Assembly: GCF_009914755.1 (NCBI RefSeq)
Contig: NC_060936.1
Length of the DNA: 64,000 nucleotides
Source: the human T2T-CHM13v2.0 reference genome, Homo sapiens
Strand: one strand, 5' to 3'
Shown piece after piece: positions 57,282 through 64,000 of this stretch (positions are counted from its first letter, which is position 1; each line of letters opens with the position of its first letter). Both the position numbers and the translations under genes were made by a program. The notes beneath the pieces are model-generated. The model ran no database searches. It worked only from the letters and a program-made list of their open reading frames with translations, and was not told the DNA's origin.

Positions 57282-58116
57282 GTTCCTCTTACTGATCAGA
57301 TTAAATGAGAAGTCAAGTCTCCTAACATACTTAGCACATAATAAGGCTCCCACACAGGAAGTTACTGGGGTTTCAAGGTGACTAGAAGGAAATCTTAGTA
57401 CCAGGCAAACTGACATGCTGGCTGAATCCTAAACCTTTTCCTTCCTTTCTAAAACCAACATTTTTTCAGCCTATCTAAGAGTTAAACAGACAACAGCACA
57501 CCAGCCAATGACCTGCTAGGCTAATTAGCCCAGAATTACAGGCGTTATGTGGGCTTACTGGACTTGCCAGGAGATGCTGTTTTGCAAATTTGGAGTGAAA
57601 TATTTAATTAATCAAAGCTGCTCAGCCAGTTGTCATAGCAAGTCAGCCAGTCAGCATGCACCCACCCAGGCAGGGGCCAGGGCTCTGAAGGAAGATGCCA
57701 GTGCGAACTTGTCCTAGGCCTTCCCTCTCCTTCACCACGGAAACCGATCGAAAAGTATCAGCCATGATGATGAATGTAGAACACTCGCTTTTGGCACCTG
57801 ACATTTCACAGCTCCAGGGTGTTCAGGGTGTTCAGGGAGTCTGGTGGCAGGCTGACATCTGTCCCCAGGGTTTCCACAGCACCATGCCAGAGCGGTCAAG
57901 ATTACATGCTTTGGAGAGGGAACATTCCCACTGATGGACCAGCTCAGGGAAGAAAAGATCAGGTTGTGGCTTTGTTTTAGATGTACATATAGCAATTTAT
58001 TTTTAACTGTTATAATGCATATTTTAAAATTTAGTTTATTATTTTGCACATTTAAAAATAGGGAACATCTTGCATATTTCGATTAAAAATAAAAATAATA
58101 ACAAACTGCTATAGTA

Positions 58117-58410
58117 GGCAGGATGCAGTGGCTCACACCTGTAATCCCAACACTTTGGGAGGCTGAGGTGGGAGGACAGCTTGAGGTCAGGAGTTCAAGA
58201 CCAGCCTGGGCAACAGAGGGAGAACACATCTCCACAAAAAAATTTTAAAATTAGCTGGCCATGGTGGCGCATGCCTGTAGTCCCAGCTAAGTGGGAGGCT
58301 GAGGTGGGAGGATCCCCAGAGCCCAGGTGGTCAAGGTCACAGTGAGCTATGACCATGCCACTACATTCCAGCCTAGGCAACAGAGTAAGACCCTGTCCCC
58401 CCACAAAAAA
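58117..58410 (+). mobile_element. AluJ, full length, short tail
   Basis: Dimeric Alu with AluJ-type right arm. Confidence 0.93.
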
Positions 58411-58429
58411 TTGCAATAATGGATTTATA

Positions 58430-58670
58430 TGTTGTGTTTACTTTTACAAACACATATACACATAGACACGTACATATAAATCCACTTAATCTTCACAACA
58501 CTCCTAGGAGCTACATCCTGTTATTATCACATCTATTTTACCAATGAAGGAGCAGAAGCACAGAGAGGTTAATCCACTTTACAAAGTCACACAGACAGCA
58601 ACAAACCAGGATTCAAACTGAAGCAGTGTGCCTTGGAATCTGTGCCCTTAACCTTGAGGCTGAACTGCCT
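58430..58670 (-). mobile_element. MIR SINE relic
   Basis: ttaatcttcacaacactcct...gcacagagaggttaa...ccaggattcaaact. Confidence 0.75.
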
Positions 58671-59180
58671 TTCACTGCTTCTATGTCATTATTTAGTTTT
58701 CAAATCACAAAAATAGTATGCTCATTGGGGAAAAAAAAATAGAAAGTACAAAAGAAGAAAAAAGGGACCCCCAGAAATTGCTCCACAATCATATATTTTG
58801 TTGTATATTTGTCCAGTCCTATTCTGTATGAGTGGGTATATGATTTTATGTACAAATAGGATAATATTTGGTATGCATTTTTATAACCTGCTTTGTCACT
58901 AAATAGATAGGAAATATAAAAGGTTATCCAGGTATTCCCTGTCCCCAGTTTCTTTCTAAAAGGTGACCAGCAAAATAGTCTATGTATATACTACCAAATA
59001 CACACACAGGAAGTTTTTTAATATAAAAAACTATATATATATTTCTGTTTTTACACATATGGTGGCTTCTTATACACAATATTTCATTTTTTTTCTTTTC
59101 TTATATTAGATTTTCTTGAAGACTATTCCTTATTCTTATGGAAAGAGCCCCTTCATTCTTTTATAAAATGGCATTGCATT

Positions 59181-59510
<330 letters not shown>

Positions 59511-59579
59511 TTATATTGTGTGCTTGTACCATAATTTATTCCACTAGTGCATATTGGTAAATATTAAGGTTATTTCCAT

Positions 59580-59850
59580 TCCTAGAGAGGTAACATTTGA
59601 ACTGAGACCTAAAATAAGGTAGAAAGGTAAAAGGTGGAGAGAAAGGAAAGAAAACAGACTCAAGATGTAGTGAATAGCACGTGCAAAGGCCCTGAGGCCC
59701 ATAAAATGGAAAGGTTTCCAGGGCAGCTGGTCACACCAAAGCAAGGCACCTGATTCTGGGCATTACTGGTTCTGGCGAAAGGTCCCGCTTTCCTTCTAAG
59801 AGTAATGGAAGCTACTGACAGGGACGCATTTTGGACAGTTAAATAGGAAA
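59580..59850 (-). mobile_element. L2 relic
   Basis: gaggtaacatttgaactgagacct...aatagcacgtgcaaaggccctgagg. Confidence 0.7.
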
Positions 59851-60849
59851 GCCTCACCTAGGCTAAAATCTGAGCTTCTCCACCCCTACCAGTGGGGATT
59901 CAGGGCCATGGGAAGAAGCTTTGTCTACCATCCTGTTCCAGGTGACCAATGCTTGTCTACCTCCTTCCAGTTAGCCCCACTGTCAGAACTCAAGGAACTT
60001 CCTTCATCCTGCCTAACCCCCCTGCAATCTCCCCCAAGGAAAATGCTCTCTGAGGGGTTAAGAATTCTTGTTATTTCCCTCCCAGGACTGGGTATATAAA
60101 GATACAGGAGAGGTGTTAAGCCTTCAGTAATTATCACCTCTGTAGAGGGAGGAGGGAGTCCAGATGGGGTCAAGAGGAGAGTGAGTTTATTTTCCCAGTG
60201 GATTCCATGTTTTCATTAAAGCCCAAAGCCCAAGTTCGGGGCATGTGTGTCTGTCCCTGGATTGAAAGGAAGGGAGATCATTGCCATGGCTGCCTGGTCT
60301 TTTGAAGGAAGAGACAGTCTTCAGCACCGCAGGAGCAAGTTGGGTTTGGCCTAAGCTGGGTGTACTGGTAGCATCCTCATAATTTAATTGCCAGTTTTCA
60401 TTTGATTGGATTAGAATAACCCTTCCCCGTGTTTATGTGACTCAAGAATGCTTCCTCCTAAGCCCCAGTTCCAAAATGAGAAATGTTCGTGTTTTGATTA
60501 GGATTTTCCCATTTTATGAGCTTCAGAGTTCCCTGAAATGCCAAAGGAAAGAAAATAAAAAAGGGCTGAGACAGAGGCAGAAGTGGATTCTTGACTTTAG
60601 AACTATTCTAAGACCCCATGAACCCTACGGGGTCTGGGGTAAACTCGTACACTGGATTCTAAACCACACTTTTAAAATTATCCTCTCTTCTAGTCCCCAA
60701 GTCTTTTGCTGAGAAGATGCCAGCAACAAATGTCTGGCTGGTGTACGTACAACCATGCCTGGCCTGTCTAAGTGATTCTACACCTTTGACAGTAGGATGG
60801 TTGTTTTTAAATAGTTTGATAATTGATACTCTATGTTTTGAGCTCTTTA

Positions 60850-61003
60850 AATATGTTAACTTATTCAGTGCTCTCTACAGCCTTATAAAGTGGGACCTAT
60901 TGTTATTTCCATTTTACAGATGAGGAAACGGAGATTCAAAAACTTAGCCAAGTTAAACAGTTACTAGTGGCAGAGCTGGAATGTGAACCTGGGTAGTCAG
61001 GCT
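60850..61003 (-). mobile_element. MIR SINE relic
   Basis: tccattttacagatgaggaaacggag...agtggcagagctgga. Confidence 0.8.
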
Positions 61004-61009
61004 TTAGAG

Positions 61010-61270
61010 CTGTGCTGTGCAGTCCAATATGGCAACTACTGGACACATTAAGCACCTGAAGTGTGTCGAGTCCCCATTCAGATGTACTGCGTGTATGAAA
61101 TACTCACTGGGTGTCGAAGACTTACAGGGTTTTGAAATGCTCACTGGGTTTTGAAGACTTAAAAAGAGAATGTAAAATTTCCCATTCATGGTTTTTTATT
61201 TTAATCTGATTGCATGTTGAAACGAGGATACTTTAAACATATTAAGTCCCATAAAATACATAATTCATCC
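61010..61270 (+). mobile_element. MER33/MER3-like hAT-Charlie relic
   Basis: gtccaatatggcaactactggacac...gattgcatgttgaaa; carries an internal ~28 bp duplication (gaaat.ctcactggg...gaagactta). Confidence 0.65.
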
Positions 61271-61279
61271 TGTCTCTAT

Positions 61280-61334
61280 CTTCTTTTTCTCCCCCAGATG
61301 GAGTCTCATTCTGTTGCCGAGGCTGGCGTGCAGT
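61280..61334 (-). mobile_element. Alu 3'-end fragment
   Basis: agatggagtctcattctgttgccgaggctggcgtgcagt. Confidence 0.8.
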
Positions 61335-62184
61335 TGTTTGTCGAAACCGGTTATCTCAAAGGTAGCAACTAAACACGCTACTACCAGTCCTAGGATTAGG
61401 GACTAAAGGGAAGATATTAGAATTACTAAAACTTAGAAAGTTAAAGGAGGGGCCCCATGAAACTGAAACTTGGCTAGTGATTCTGAGTTCAGAAAAGGGC
61501 TCCCATTGGCTGGATCCCTGATTTCTGAGGAAGGGGCACTGTCAGCTGGTACTGTTGTTTCCAAGGGGGAATACCATTGGAAAAAAATGCAGACCGCTGG
61601 GGAAAAATGCCAATGGGATTTACCTGTTGATATAAGAAAGCACCACTGCTGCTGGGAGTAGAGTAGAGGAGGAAACCCAGTGCTCATAGGAGCCACGTGT
61701 AGACAGGAAAGCGCAAGTCTCTTCACATCTTCAAAGCCACTCAATCTCCCTCTATTGCTCTCCATTGGCAAAGCCCAAGAGGAGGCCTCTGGCAAAGCAT
61801 AAATGACATTTTCAGAGTCCTGGCCTTAGCATTACAGGGCAGAGCATAGAGGGTGAGTTTGGAGCTCAGACAGTAATGACTGGCGCTGTGGCTGACATCC
61901 CTACCAGCCTGTAACTGCCATGAGCACAAGGATTGAACTTGTCCACTGCTCTTCTCTTAGTGCCTACAACACAGGGAACAGAACGTGGGAATGAAAGGTC
62001 AAAGACCTTCACCTTGGAATGGGGGCAAAAGGGAAGTCACTTCTAAGCCCCAAGGCCCAAGAAGCCGTTGTTTGAAGAGTAATTTAAGGATAGCTGAAGA
62101 AGAATGAGAAATGATAAAGTTTGTCATTGGTTTCAACATTCCAGTCCACAGCTTCCCTTTACTGTGGAGACATATATCCCCAGC

Positions 62185-62255
62185 TAAGGTTGGTGCAAAA
62201 GTAATTGCTGTTTTAGCCATTAAAAGTAATGGCAATTACTTTTGCACCAACCTAA
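62185..62255. mobile_element. MADE1 (Hsmar1-derived MITE)
   Basis: Perfect 22 bp inverted repeat aggttggtgcaaaagtaattgc / gcaattacttttgcaccaacct. Confidence 0.95.
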
Positions 62256-62744
62256 TATATTAAGCATGTTTTCTAAATCTCAGCTGAGATTATTGGCTAG
62301 AGTAAGGAAAAGATGGACCACTTTAAATCCAGACTTGGTCAAAAAGTTGGGAAGTATGGCAGCTACAGCTTATGTTCCATCTTGTCCAATACCTAGCACA
62401 TACTAACAGCCAGTATGTATTTGTTGAATTAGAATGGAAGAAGGGATGAAATAGCATGCAAGAATGGATCCATCTAGAGGCTCTCCAGATCATTCATGCA
62501 GTAACAGGATGCCACATGCAAAGAAAATCTTGGACAGGGTTGAAAGAACCAATGGGGCTTTTTGAATGACTCAGAGTAAGGATTCAGCAACAGTGAGCTC
62601 CCATCTTTATTATCAATATTGTTATTTTTCAAAAAACTTTTAATGCCTATTAAAGACTACAAAAGTGAGACTTTTAATAATGTAAATATTTAATTTGCTC
62701 TTGCCCAGTTTAATAAATAATGTAATAGTGTTTTTTTACCTTAA

Positions 62745-63578
<834 letters not shown>

Positions 63579-63675
63579 CACACACATATGCATATACACA
63601 TATATACATATATATACATATATAGATGTGTGTGTGTGTGTGTATGCGTATATATATATATACATATATATATAT
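63579..63675. repeat. (CA)/(TA)/(TG) compound microsatellite
   Basis: Seen directly. Confidence 0.9.
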
Positions 63676-63809
63676 CCCATTCCATAAGCTACTCATGACA
63701 AGAAGCACCAAGCTGATAAGGGATGATGAATTGTCAAGTTCTGGCTTACAGCTATTCATGTTAATCCCAGGAATTTGGGGATGAGTCTTCATTCTCTTCT
63801 CTCTGGCTG

Positions 63810-63950
63810 TATTGTGAGGGCGGCCTAGAGTTAGATTTATCTGAGTGACTCAGAATGCTTGTTCTATGCTCCTAACATGCTGTGTGACCTTGGACAAGCC
63901 ACATGAACCCTCAGGGCCTCAGTGTTCCAATCTGCAAGCTGTTAATCCTC
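63810..63950 (+). mobile_element. MIR fragment
   Basis: gctgtgtgaccttggacaagcc...gcctcagt. Confidence 0.7.
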
Positions 63951-64000
63951 TCAAATGTTTATTTTAGCCATAAACAACTGTCCAAATAATTAGACTCCTC

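Overview
This is non-coding primate (most likely human) genomic DNA, intronic or intergenic. It is dominated by interspersed repeats: about 20 Alu copies or fragments (FLAM, AluJ, AluS, AluY), many MIR and L2 relics, L1 3' fragments, solo LTRs (MLT1/MLT2/MST/THE1, MER41A, LTR33-like) and DNA-transposon MITEs (MER81, MER103C, MER5, MER58, MER20, MER33, MADE1). I see no credible protein-coding exon, structural RNA gene, CpG island or CRISPR array, and the ORF track is explained by repeats and chance. I did not find a convincing new multi-gene biological system. The most notable structure is a set of local templated-copy or fold-back scars: a ~235 bp segment duplicated 6566 bp away, a 73 bp segment duplicated 885 bp away, a fold-back Alu tail and a palindromic patchwork. 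Also notable are a candidate L1 3' transduction, a strong Z-DNA tract, a MADE1 hairpin and several repeat-free motif clusters that may be enhancers. Repeat subfamily names come from recalled consensus sequences, and boundaries of the old elements are approximate.
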